Part shown: positions 1 through 12,800 of the stretch, one piece after another
Numbering within the stretch: the first letter of the stretch is position 1
Layout of the letters: each line of letters begins with the position of its first letter
Assembly (NCBI GenBank): GCA_977017645.1
Contig: OZ360223.1
Location: 209,436,001 to 209,500,000, forward strand
Reading direction: 5' to 3'
Length of the DNA: 64,000 nucleotides
From: Torpedo marmorata
Taxonomy: Eukaryota
The notes under the pieces: generated by a model
What the model was told of the DNA's origin: nothing
What the model saw: the letters and a program-made list of their open reading frames with translations, nothing else
Database searches by the model: none
Translations under genes and position numbers: made by a program

Positions 1-2019
1 TTATTCTAGAAAAAAAGTTATTTTAGTTTCATAATCTACTTCAAAAATTAAATAGTAGAGATATATTTCTACCGAGGGCTCACCAATCCAGCTCTCCCAG
101 TGGTGTGTTGTATTTGAAGGAAGAACAGGACAGAGAGTTAATGTCGCCTTATCTCAACTGTTGACTCCCTTTGAGTATGTCTTCCCACACATATTGCAGA
201 ATCAGTGGATCTACATTTCTTTCCATTAATAGTGAATATGAAGAGACAACCTCCTTTATTATCAGATTTTAACTCAATCACTCAATAAGTCAGGAACTAA
301 TACCTCATCTCATTTTTGGTATTTGTGATACTGCCCAGGAGAGAATAAAACTATTATTTTATCATCTTTCCCTGTGCCTCACGGTGAAATGCTATGGCAG
401 CACCTCAATTTCAGGAGAATATTAATGAAATGAATGGGTGTATTTTACACTCATATCTTTTGCATACTCGCTGATGCTCTGTATTCTGCATTGGTCTGTC
501 AAAGCAACTCAAATGCTTATAACTTATGCATGGTAATTATACATTGTGATCTAAATTGATCCAATATTCTGTCACTGAACTAAAGACAGGGAAAAATAGC
601 TTTAAAACTTGGACAAGTAATGTCACATTGAGTGTTATTTTGAAAAGACCAGCTTGGTTCTGAAGCTGTGGCAAGAATCCAAGTGCTCCTTTGTAATTTC
701 CTCACAGGGGAGCCATTTGACTTCAGCCATTGATTTGTCTCCACCAAAGAGTCGGAGGGGGGGGTGGTGGGTGGTGGGAGGTGGGGGGGGGATTGGATGG
801 AGAGTCAGTCTCAAAGGTGAAAGTTGTGCAACTTTTAGTAGCCAGTTATACATCAACACTGGTCTGGGAGCAAGTCCACTTCGCCTTAAAGCTGAGTGGC
901 ACTGGAGGTAATGAAAAAATGTAGAATAAAATATCATTAAAATACTTGCTAAATATAACTTCAATTTTTTAGTTGAGACAGGAGTAAATGTCAGCCATAC
1001 CAAGCAGTCAGAACCCCAATGAAACTCATACTGTTTTACTGAAGCCTCTAGTGTGCCATTTTAAATGATCTGCATGTAAATAAAAGCCCAACTTAATTTT
1101 ATTTGAAGTGCCAAAAACAATTTATACACCGCGTTCATTGTTCTGACCAAAAATAGCAAACAACTGGAAATAGAAAAAGAGAGAAATCCTTCCAATTTAA
1201 AGTCAGCGATGCGATTTCAAGTGAAGCGCCTTTAAGCTTGTAAAAAAGTGTCTTCAAATTCCAAAATGTGATTAACCAGGCCAAACACAACAACGCTAGA
1301 TAAAAAAAAACATTTACATGAAAAGCTACATGTTAAAGGAGACAAAGTCTCGTTTGATGAGGCCCCATGGTAATTTCAAACTGTTGATCCCCTTTTAACA
1401 TGATGAAGCACAAAGTTTGTACTGCGTCATTTTTAAGTTAATATAAGCATCAACTGGCCATTGCGCTCTTGAAGAGGGACTGTTACTCTCTGACTCTTTA
1501 AAGATCCTTTCATCAGGGCACTTAATAAGGATGTTAGTTATAATTATAACCCTGCCTGCCTGGTAGAAATAAAAGAGGCAGATACGGGGTTTAAATGGAG
1601 TTTGGAGAGGACCCACTGAGGGTTCCTGACCTGTCTGCAGTTTTCACACCTCGATTTTCATAAAAGCAAGCATCTTCTTCTGACTCAGGATACATTGTTT
1701 TGCTTTACAGGTGATTAAAGGTAAATGCAAGTTGCGACTACAGTAAACTCTTGTTTATCCAGTATCCGGAATTGTACTACAACCAGCAAACATTTGTTTT
1801 TATGAAAATAAACTCAAACAGTGAATTTAATGTCATGTTTATCTAACATAAATGTGAAAAGACATTTATCTTATTAAAAATTTTTTATACAAGGCCTGTG
1901 CAGTTGTAGATTGATTAGTAGCAACATCCTCTTTGAAGAGCAAAAGAGACAGAACAGGCCCTTCATGTGATGATGAGTAGTCATTCATTTGATTTGTTTT
2001 TGCTATTTTAGCCACACGC

Positions 2020-2029
2020 ACATATACAT

Positions 2030-2078
<49 letters not shown>

Positions 2079-2120
2079 CATACATATACACATGTATGTA
2101 TGTATGTATCCACATACACA
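2020..2120. repeat. (TA)n/(CA)n microsatellite
   Basis: Direct reading. Confidence 0.9.
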
Positions 2121-2340
2121 CAGTAAAATCCCTGTCATCTGGAAGTAAAGCAACCGGAAACCTCATGCAACCGGCAAAAAATAATCGCGGAATATAAATG
2201 GGTAAAAAATACGTGTTTAAAATTTGGGCACCTCGCCGTTAGTTCTTCATTCACACAATATGCAGTCTCAAGCAACCGGAAAACTCGCTTCTCCGGCATC
2301 TACCAATTCTCATAGGTGCCGAATACCAGGGGTTTGACTG
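2121..2340. mobile_element. Tc1/mariner-pogo type MITE
   Basis: Imperfect TIRs cagtaaaatccctg / caggggtttgactg followed by TA; internal gcaaccgg repeats. Confidence 0.6.
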
Positions 2341-2720
2341 TATATATAACATTGTTATTTAAAAGGATAGGGAGATGGGAGATGACACAGTTCAGCAATT
2401 TACGGTATTTAATAGTTTTTGCATAGAATACTAGTGTATGATGTACTGTGATATTTTTTGAGCAATCAGCATATTCATGCAACCAACACCACCCATCTTC
2501 ATGGACACCAGATGACTGAGAGTATATTGTATTAATAAACCAGTACCTTGGCTTCAGTTTATGTTTTACAAAAGGAATTTCATTATCAATATCTTTATTT
2601 AACTTGGAAAGAGTGGCCACTATCAATATTTGGATATCACAAGTCATTGTTGGCAGGTTGCCAACTGTTGCATGACCTTCAATTGCTAGCATCACAGATC
2701 CCAGCACCACGTATAATGTA

Positions 2721-3459
2721 AAACATGAAAATCTGTGGACACCGTGGTTGAAGTAAAAAATACAAATGCTGGAGAAACTCAGCAGGTCAAACAGTGTCTT
2801 TTATGTAGCAAAGGTAGAAATACATAACCGACGTTTCGGGCTTGAGCCCTTCATCAAAGCATGAGAAAATGCCGGCAGGTGTCCAAACAAAGGAGTGAGG
2901 GGGGAAGGGGGGGGGGTGGCAAAGGCAGGAGATGATAGGTGGAGAAAGGAGGGAGGGGACGGCAGCAAAGAGGGGGAGAAGGGATGGCTGGGTGGGTGGA
3001 GAAAAACAGGAAGGTCAGGTGAGGGGGGAGGGGAAGGAAACGACAAGCAGGTTTGGTGGAAAGCAGAAAAGTCAATGTTAATGCCATCTGGCTGGAGAGT
3101 GCCCAGACGGAAAATGTCTGGGCACTCTCCAGCCAGATGGCATTAACATTGACTTTTCTGCTTTCCACTGAACCTGCTTGTCATTCCCTTCCCCTCCCCC
3201 CTCACCTGTCCTTCCTGTTTTTTTTCCACCCACCCAGCCATCCCTCCTCCCCCTCTTTGCTGCTGTCCCCTCCCTCCTTTCTCCACCTGTCATCTCCTGC
3301 CTTTGCCACCCCCCCTTACTCTTTTGTTCGGACGCCTGCCGGCATTTTCTCATGCTTTGATGAAGGGCTCAAGCCTGAAACGTCGGTTATGTATTTCTAC
3401 CTTTGCTACATAAAATACACTGTTTGACCTGCTGAGTTTCTCCAGCATTTGTGTTTTTT
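2721..3459. mobile_element. Fold-back (inverted) Penelope-like pLTR-derived non-autonomous element
   Basis: ~355-bp inverted arms (2754-3108 and 3116-3460) around a 7-nt loop. 15-bp direct repeat accacgtataatgta at 2706-2720 and 3460-3474. Each arm carries ttgatgaagggctcaagccYgaaacgtc and the gacctgctgagtttctccagcatt end motif. Confidence 0.8.
2823..2863 (-). ncRNA. Minimal hammerhead-ribozyme-like motif (second copy on + strand at 3351-3391)
   Basis: uUGAUGA-a-GGGC-ucaa-GCCC-GAAAC-GUC: both core boxes and a perfect stem II. C3 is replaced by U, and stem I is not convincingly seen. Confidence 0.5.
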
Positions 3460-3849
3460 ACCACGTATAATGTACCCCCTCACTCAAAGATTCTGTGGCC
3501 AAGACTGGGAAGTTTATGGCAGGAGCTCTGTGGCAACCCCACACATTCCTTGCAGTTTCTCAGTATCCTCTACTTAAAGAAATTACATGTGACTTTGCCA
3601 AAGTGGTACACTTTGCTTCTCTTTGTCTTTAGTTCTATATTTTTGTTTAAGTAAGTGGAAAGGACAGTTTGAACTGTGAACAAAACCTTGTTTCGAATGA
3701 CCTGCTGGCCAGGAAAGCCTTTTCAAATTGCATTCATTTGGTAACTTTGAAAACTGCGAACAAATAAAACGTGGACTGTCACTGTAATTATAGGATTGGT
3801 GAACTAAATTATAGTTACCGGTATTTGCTATCTCCTGTTCTTTCAGCTG

Positions 3850-3858
3850 GACCACCCA
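3850..3858 (+). promoter_or_regulatory. Consensus GLI-binding site in intron 2 (candidate enhancer)
   Basis: Perfect GACCACCCA in non-repetitive sequence; near-match TGGGTGGTG at 4175-4183. Confidence 0.5.
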
Positions 3859-4277
3859 CAAAATCCAAACATAAAACTTGGCTGACATCCCATCTTGTCA
3901 TACCCAAATGCCTAGGCAATATCCAGTTTAAAAACCAACGGAGAGACGAGAAGCTGTTTCTTTCTTATAGTAACTTTTGTTTTTGCAGCCACATGCTATT
4001 TTCTCAATTCTTACTTTATGATGCCATTAAGACTATCTGGGTTGCTCTCTTTGTCTCAGAGGCATTGTAACATAACAAAACAGAAGCCCTCCTGGCCTAC
4101 CACACTGTTTCATTGGATAAATTAACATGATGGTTAGCCTTGTTGCACAGTCAATGCTGTTCTCTTCCATCTGCTGGGTGGTGAACAAGTGTAATCTCAT
4201 AGATGAACATTATTTTCTTTCCTATGTGGTGGGTTGCACTCTGTACCATATGCCATTAAAATGAGAGTGATCAACAA

Positions 4278-4535
4278 GGTGGCATGGTTAGCATAGCAGT
4301 TAGTGTAATGCTTATTACAGCGCCAGTGACTGGGGTTTGAATCCGGCGCTGTCTGTGAGGAGTTTGTACGTTCTCCCTGTGTCTGTGTGAGTTTTCTTCA
4401 AGTGCTCTGGTTTCCTTCCACATTCCAAAGACGTACAGGGTTGGTAGATTAATTGGTCACATGGGTGTATTTGGGTGGCGTGGGCTCATGGGCTGGAAGG
4501 GCCTGTTACCGTGCTGTATCTTTAAATTAAAATTA
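4278..4535 (+). mobile_element. HE1-like V-SINE
   Basis: tRNA-like head (gtttgaatcc B box), V domain ggagtttgtacgttctccc, CR1-like tail gaagggcctgttaccgtgctgtat. Confidence 0.85.
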
Positions 4536-7500
4536 GAAATTTAATTCAATTAAGTGAGAATGATAACTGTGAATCTTTGCCAAGAGAGAAAGCTGCCAGT
4601 TCCACATGTTGTAACACCACAATATCCTTGATATACAAATTTCCTTCATCCCTTTAAATTCCCGACCATAACAACATTAACTCCTTGTCAGTGTACAATT
4701 GAAGAGCTCTGTCAATGTTATTTGATAATTTCATATTAACCATGAAGGATAAACTCTCTAGCTCCAAACTTTGCTTGAAAAATAACTGAGAATAAAGGCA
4801 AACATGAAAGAAAAACAGAAAAATGGATACAGCTATTAAACTGCACTCCATATACAAAATATAAGAAAATGGAATATCCATATTCATCAAAAAAGTCATA
4901 TTATTTTACTTTTAATATATTCTAGTGGATGAAAGGTACTAAATTCTGTAATGGGTGCCATAGCCTGTGTTGGGGATGAGGTAACTTGCATCAAGTAACA
5001 AAAATGACAGGTAATAGAGGAATATTTTGCTGTTTGAAGTTCATAATTGTAAATCATGCAGGAGATAATGGATGGTTGAAGATGATTGCAAGATCGTCTC
5101 AGAATGATTATACTGCTGTGATCCAGTTAAGGAAATCAGATGGTGTGTGCACAAAGTAATGGCTACCTGAGGATGTTTCAAAGCAGTAATGTAAATTGAG
5201 GGGTTGAAGCCCAAAGTATAGTCACGAAATTACTTTGGTGTTGTATGTAGGTGATCTCCATCCAGTGTGGGTCCTTTTCATTCATATTGACTCTCATTAT
5301 GGACAGCCTGCACAAAAGAGACCATTCTCAATGACTGTCTCAAAAGTGTGTTCCAGATCTTCCAATTCATCTTCTTTCTTGAACAATTACTGTAATTTAG
5401 TGGGTTTCTCCCATTCCTTTGCTAATTGAAATATTTTATATTCAACAGAATAAAGGGTTTTAGATCTAATCCTTCTCCACCTGCATCTCACATTTGGATG
5501 CATCAAACAATTAAGCTGCATCTAACATTTCTAAGACTTGGATACAAGCTCACTCTTACCTATGAATCTGAACATCAAATCATCATTCTTGCCTCTGTGA
5601 CACTAGAGAATTAATTAACTTCCCCAACCTCAGTTGCTCAGCATTGAATTCTCAATTGTCAGCAGTTAAATTGATTCCAGACTTCCTTCCAAAGGTCCCC
5701 TTCACCTCAACAAGTCTCTGAGTGTGACCATTATGTATATTACCTGTGATTCTGATCTTCCCTCCATTATCCCACCTCAGCCCCCATCCCTGGGAGATAT
5801 TGCAACATACATTGTGTCCTAATTTTGGGAGCCAATGGACAAAACGTGGAAAAGCAACAGCAAGTCCATACAAATCTCCATCACTGCAAAACAAACAGCA
5901 GCTGATTTTGCTAAGCAAACAAGCTTCAATAAAAACATTACTTTCACCTGTATGCAACAAAAAGAATAAAAATTGGCTTGAAGAGATGCAAGCCATGATT
6001 CAATCCATTAAATTGCTGGTATTGTTTAAAAAAAACTATGATTTTAGGTGATTTTAAAAAATGAAAAATGTTCCAACCTCACTTTCTGAGGGAAAATAAC
6101 AGTACCACCAACTGTGTCACAAGTGGCACCATTTTCATGCCCACAAGCCCCCGATTGTAATAACTGCATTGTATCCTTCTGACAGTATTTATAAGTTTTA
6201 CATTACTCGCCTCCTTGAAACATGGGAGAGAAAAAGTGGCTGCAGACAGCTCCTTTCCTTTTTCCCCTTTCAACACATTCAGTCATCAACTTTAACCAGG
6301 TTTGGACTTCTTGACTTGCAATTTCCATTCTGTATATTTGTAAGTCAATGGCATCAACGGTGGAAACACAGTGCCAAAATTCCTCATCGAGTGAGAGTCA
6401 TGAAAATTATTCCGCCCAACTTGTCCTTGCCAACCAAGCTAATTCCATTTGCTATATTCGGCCCTTACCCCCCTAAACCTTTTCTTTCCACGTACCTGTT
6501 TAATGTCTTTTGAATGTTACAATTGTCCCTGCTTCTGCACTTCCTCTGGTAGCTTGTTCTATATACCCACCACCCTTTGCGTGAAGAAAGTGCTCCTCAG
6601 GTCCCTTTTAAATCTTTCCCCTCTCACCTTGAATCTATCACTCCTATCCTGGGAAAAAGACTGTGGCTATTTACCTCATGATTTTCTGAACCTCTATGTC
6701 CCCCTTTAGCCTTCTATGCTCCAAGGAGTAAAGTCCCTGACTATCCAGTCTCTCTTTATAACTCAAGTCTACCAGACCCAGTAACATTCTCATGAAGCTT
6801 TTCTGCACCCTTTCGAGCTTTATGATATCTTTCCAATACGAGGTGAACAAAACTGCCCATGAAGTGTCAATTCATGAATGTATAGTAGTTGTAATGTGAT
6901 GTCCCCGTTCCTCTACTCAATGCCCTGACCAATGAAGACAAGTGTGCAAACATCTTCACCATCCTCTTTCCAAAGTCACCACTTCCATGGAACTATGCAC
7001 TTGGAACCCAAAGTCTCTTTGTTCTACAACACTCCCCAGGGCCCTACCATTCATTTTGTATGTCCTGCCCTATTTAACCTACCAGAATGCAACACCTCAC
7101 ACTTGAATGAATTAAATTTCAACTACCATTCTTTGGCCCACTTTCCCAGTTCATCTAGTTCCTGATGTAATCTCAAATAACCTTCTTCACTGTCGACTTT
7201 ACCACTAATTTTGGTGTCATCTGTACACTTACTAACGATGCAAATTACATTGTCATCCAAGTCATTAATATAGATGACAAACAACAGTGGAACCAGCACC
7301 TATCAGTGTAACACACCACTGGTTACAGGCCTTTAATCTGAGTAAGAACCTTCCACTAACACCTCATCAAGCTAATTCTGCATCTAACTGACCAGATCAC
7401 CCTGGATCCCATGCAATCCGACCTTCCAGACCAGTCTATCATGTGGGACCAATACATGTAGACAATATCTACTTTCTTGCCCTCAATCTTCTTGGTCACC

Positions 7501-7958
7501 TCTTGAAAAAACTCAATTAAATTCATAAGGCATGAATTTCCACACACAGAGTCATGCTGACTATCCCTAATCAGTTTTTGCCTTTCCAAATGCAAGTAGA
7601 TACTGTCTCTCACAATCCCCTCCAGTAACATACCCATCACTAATGGTAAGCTCACTATCATGTAGTTCCCTGCCTTATCCTTGTAGCCTTTTTTAAAATA
7701 AAGGCATAGCATGAACCGCCCTCTAGTCTTCCAGAACCTCACCTATATTAAATGATAATGCAAAATCTCTGCCAGGGCTCCTGCAATTTCTTCACTAGCT
7801 TCCCATAATGTCCCAGGATCAGGCACCAGGGATTTAGTACATTTCAGACCTCCAGCATCTCCTCTTCTGTAACATGCACGCTCTTCAAGATCACTATTTA
7901 CTTCTCCTAGCGTCCATATCTTTCTCCATGGCAAATACAGATGAAAAATGCTATTAAG

Positions 7959-8850
7959 ACCATAAGACATGAGCAGAAATAGCCTATTCAGCCCATCGTG
8001 TCTGCCCCACCATTTAATCATGAACTGATCCATTTTCCCGCTCAGCTCCACTGCCTGACTTTCTCCCCATAACCTTTGATGCCCTGGCTAATCAAGAACC
8101 TATCAATCTCTGCCTTAAATACACTAATGACCTGGAGTTACAACCCTCTGGCTGAAGGAATTCCTATGCATTTCTATTCTAAGCGGACGCCCTTTAATCC
8201 TGAAGTTATGCCCTCTTGTTCGAGACTCACCCATGATGGGAAACAACCTTTCTACATCTACTCTGTCCATGCCTTTCAACGTTCAAAATGTTTCAATGCG
8301 ACCCCCCTCATTCTCATAAATTCCAATGAGTACAGGCCAAGAGCTGTCAAACGCTCCTCATGTGATAACCCTTTCATTCCTGGAATCATCCTTGTGAACC
8401 TCCTCTGAACCCTCTCCAATGTTAGCACATCGTTTCTTAAATGAGGAGCCCAAAACTGCTCACAATTCTCCAAGTGAGTTCTCACCAGTGCCTTTTAAAG
8501 GCTTAACATCACAACCCTGAGCTTTTATTCTATTTCTCTTTAAATAAATGCCAGCATTGCATTTGCCTTCTTCACCACCAACTCAACATGCAAGTTTACC
8601 TTCAGGCTGTCCTGCACGAAGACTCCCACGTCCCTTTGCATCTGGGTATTCTCAAATTTCTCCCCATTTAAAAAATAGTCTGCCATTTATTCTTTTCTAC
8701 CAAAGTGCATGACCGTACACTTTCTGACATTATATTTAGTTTGCCACTTCTCTGCCCTTTTTCCTAATCTGTCGAAGTCCTTCTGCAGCCTCTGTGTTTC
8801 CTCAACACTACCTGCTGCTCTACCTATCTTTGTATCATTTAAGAATCTCA
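7959..8850 (-). mobile_element. CR1 LINE 3' fragment of a second subfamily nested in the older CR1
   Basis: RTHLENCEQFWAPHLRNDVLTLERVQRRFTRMIPGMKGL; 3' end ...ctgctcatgtcttatg. Confidence 0.8.
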
Positions 8851-9554
8851 CCTGGCTCCACACATAGACAACCTTTTTGATCTTCAAGGGACCTTAAAGA
8901 CTCTTTTGTCTTTAATATACTTGTAGAATCTCTTGGAATTTTCTTAAACATTACCTGCCAGAGCCATATAATACCCCCTCCTTGCCTGCCTTATTTCCTA
9001 ATGAGGTGAATTCTTACATCTTTTATACTGTTCAAATGACTCACTTGATTTCAACAGTCTATAACTGACATATGAATCCTTTTTATTGACCAGATCCTCA
9101 ATATCTCTGGTTATCTAAGGCTCCCTACTCTTGCCACCCTTCCTTTTACTCTAACAGGAGCATGCTTTCCCTATTTCTCTTTTAAAATGCCCCCACTTGC
9201 CTGATGCCCCTTTATCCGCAAACAGCGTCTCCCAATCAAACCTTGCAAGTTCTTGTCTGATGCATAAAAATTTGCTTGGACTCAATTACGGACTTTAACT
9301 TGTGGACCAGCCCATGGCTATTTTAAAACTATTGGAGTTATGGTCACTGGTCCCATAGTGCTCTTGCACTGACACCTCAGTCACTTGCCCAACCATATTT
9401 CCCAAGAGGAGGTCTAGCGTTGCTCCCTCTCTAGTTGGGCCATCCATATATTCGTTGAGAAAATACTTCTGGGCGCATTTAATAAACTCTGCTCATTCAA
9501 GGTCTGTGAGAATCCCAATCAATATGAGGGAAGTTGAAATCATCTACTATTTAA

Positions 9555-9817
9555 ATTTTAATTTTTAAAATTTAGACATATAGCACGGTAACAAGCCATT
9601 TCGGCCCACGAGCCCGTGCCGCCAAATTTACACCCAATTAACCTACACCCCCGGTATGTTTTGAAGGGTTGGAGGAAACCGGAGCCCCCGGGGAAAACCT
9701 ACGCAGACACGGAGAGAGCGTACAAACTCCTTACAGACAGCGCGGGATTCGAACCCCTGTCCCGATCACTGGCGCTGTAAAGGCGTTGCCCTAACTACTA
9801 CGCCAACCGTGCCTCCC
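9555..9817 (-). mobile_element. HE1-like V-SINE (young, CpG-rich)
   Basis: Head with ggttcgaatcc B box, V domain, CR1-like tail and (aaattt)n end. Confidence 0.9.
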
Positions 9818-12800
9818 AATTATGGCTCTGTAATTCCCAGAATTGTGGATGATCTCCCTTCACGTTTGCTCCTCTATTTCTCACTGACTATTGGGAGTGG
9901 GGCCTATAATACTGCCCAATGAAAATAATTATCCCCTTCTTATTTCCACGTTACACCCATATAGCCTCACTGGATGATCCTCGAAGAATATCCACACTCA
10001 GAACATCTGTAACATTCTCCCATTAAAAATGCAACACCCCCATTTCTGTTACCTCCACCTCTATCTCACCTGAAGCATCTGTACCTTGGAACTTTGAGCT
10101 GCTTTTTTTCCCCTGTCTCAGCCATGTCTCTGTTATGGCTATAATATCCCAGTCTTAGCAAAGCTACCACTCTAACCACAGCTGTGCTAGAGCTTTGGTG
10201 GCAGTAAGCCAAGACAAATAAACAGGGTAGCATCTTCACTTTATCTACAGACAAATGAGCTACAAAAAATGTTTTGTACTGGGAAAATCAAAAGTGAATT
10301 AATAGATTTTTAATAAGCACTTTATCCAGCTAGTTACAACTTTGCAATTGCTCTCTATTCAGTACTTTCAGTCTGTTACTTTTTGCATTGGAATTCTGAT
10401 CTACCCCCATCCCCCCTCATTACAGAGAATAATTTTGTCATGATTTTTTTGAAACCTGAATTTTAATAATTTCTTCACTGACTTTTCTTTTTATTTTTTA
10501 TTGCACATATAAATGTAGATTACACGGACAAGCTTCATTACCCTTTAAGTTCGTTGAACAGCTGTCTCACTGTGCACAGCGGAAGATCTGGGAGGCTAGT
10601 TCTGCCAATATTTCCATTCCTTCCTGCAGATCAGCACTTAGCCTCTGCTCTGCACCTTCTCCACAGCCATAAGGTTGACAAATGTTACTTGGAACCCTAT
10701 CAATCAATACACAGGACGGCAGTGCAGCAAACCTGCTGAGCCATTGGATGGCAGGTCATTTTACTACTAGCCTGCCTCATTTTCTATAGATTTGTAGTTT
10801 GCTTGTTTATATACAATAAGACGCTTAAACTCAAAAACCAGCTATTTACAGACAAACAATAGCATAGGATGTCAAGATCAATAATATTTTCATAGGAACA
10901 GTAAGAGGGTCAAGAACAGTAACAGAATCGATGTGGAGATTAGCCATAACCAATTCAATGTCAGAATGAGTTCAGGGCCATCCTCCTATTCCTTCATCAA
11001 GATAGAATCTTTTTTCAATACCCTAATGGTCAAAAAGCGTTCACACTTGTCAGTCTACTCATGGATTGGTCATCCACAATAGTCTCCCATATTAAATTAA
11101 TCTATTTCTCAGTTGATCTCATGTCATTAGAGATGTTTTAGGTTCTTTAAAAAATGTTTTTGGTCCATCTCTCTTGCCTCTCCAGTGGTCACTTCCTTTT
11201 ACACTTAGTATGAGCTACAGTATGTGAAGAGAACGGAGCTACATTTAAAATACATCAATAAATATGCAACAATTTTCAATGTCTTTTTATATAGCTAAAC
11301 TGTTCTGCATTTTAGTTTGTGCAATTATTTTACAAGACTCCTTAGTTTTGAAATATGATGGGCTAATGTGCACATGGTTCCTTACAGTAGGTTACTAATT
11401 GACTCCAACTGCAGACTGGCACCAACATCCACAATGGAATCACACATTAGATTCCACCTCATATTATTCCTCTCCATACTACCAGAGGCCTTAGCAGTAT
11501 CATCATGTGGTGCAGTTTATTTCAGTGCCATGCAGTTGGAAATGTTTGAAGTCAAATGTAATTATGAATATTGTCTAGTCCCTTAATGTCATTCCAGAAA
11601 TGTGACCAGGCAAAACTGGTTCCCATAACTACTATCCATGCTACATGCCCCACCATCTGAGCGCTTAAAGCACCGATAGACACAGGCTCTGACAACGTGA
11701 GCTTTGCATTTCCAAATCACTTCACCCAACCATTTCTTTCCTGAGCAACTACCTGGCTGATCCAACATCTGGTCCTGTCCCATCCTGGTTCAGATCATCA
11801 ACCAAAGCTCAAAAACGTCTCCAACCACTGGACATCTCCCCCCCCAACCCCTACCAACCCTGGCCCAGTCCTGACTGATACAAAAGAGATTCTGAAATCT
11901 GGCCTATGACCAAAATGGTTGTTGTGGAGCCAAGCAATGACCAGATAGTCACCTGTAATCGATGCACTACTATCTTAGCTGAAGCCTTTTGTAAGGCAAT
12001 TTGGAGCACACAGAAATTTGATTGATGAAGTATTAATCTTCAGGTGTGAAATTATAACACATATATAGGCAGTTTGGTCCAAAACTTGGGTTCGCTTGAC
12101 CAGTAGTCGTAATCTAACTAGCCTACTCTATTTATTGTAATGCTTTGCGTCCATACTGTTAACCTTTTCTGTGATGTTGGCACAGTCTCTGCTCAATTGT
12201 GAGCTCTGATGGCTTATTCCAGGGTATCACAACCCTCTATCTAATAAATGTTTTCTTCCAGCTGCTTGTTCTCAATCTCTTGCACTTCATCATACATTGA
12301 TGTACATTTCATTGTAAAGTTCTCAATCACTGAAGAAAGGTTCCTAAAAAAAAATCACGTTGGCTGGTAGCACCAGTCACACAACATACAGTAGTTCTGC
12401 ATGCACGTTGCATTGAAATTCAAGTCAATGGAACTGAATGAAGATATAACAAGCAGCTGCTGGTATACGTTTAGCTTGGCAACTGGAGCAATTATCTCTA
12501 GTGACCAAGGACAAATTTCTTCCATTGCCTATTTTTATTAATGCTGCTCTATTCTTTTATAATTTAAAAAATCTCTAATGAGGCATAATCTCATCTGTTT
12601 TAATGTAAACAGCAGTGATGTTTAAACATTTCTTCATGCTTGCATTTCTTCATACCATGTAGTGATTCCATGCTATACTGCCAGAAATGACTTCAAACGA
12701 TAAAAGAGACTCTTGGATTAAAGAATTAGCAGCAATTTTTAAATATTACTAAGGAAATTCACACTGAAGATATTGTAGGTTGTACAATACAGGCCTGGTG

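Larger units (their letters stand above)
6395..10135 (-). mobile_element. Old decayed CR1 (HER1-like) LINE ORF2, interrupted by younger inserts
   Basis: Broken RT motifs (LYFKKGYKDKAGNY, SQHDSVCGNSCLMNLIEFFQEVTKKIEG). CR1 insert at ~7959-8850 and SINE at 9555-9817. Confidence 0.8.

Noticed and set aside
635-1003. ORF containing EITKEHLDS, reminiscent of Patched exon 3 (LLQHLDSAL)
   Set aside because: No other exon 3 residues match and there are no suitable splice sites
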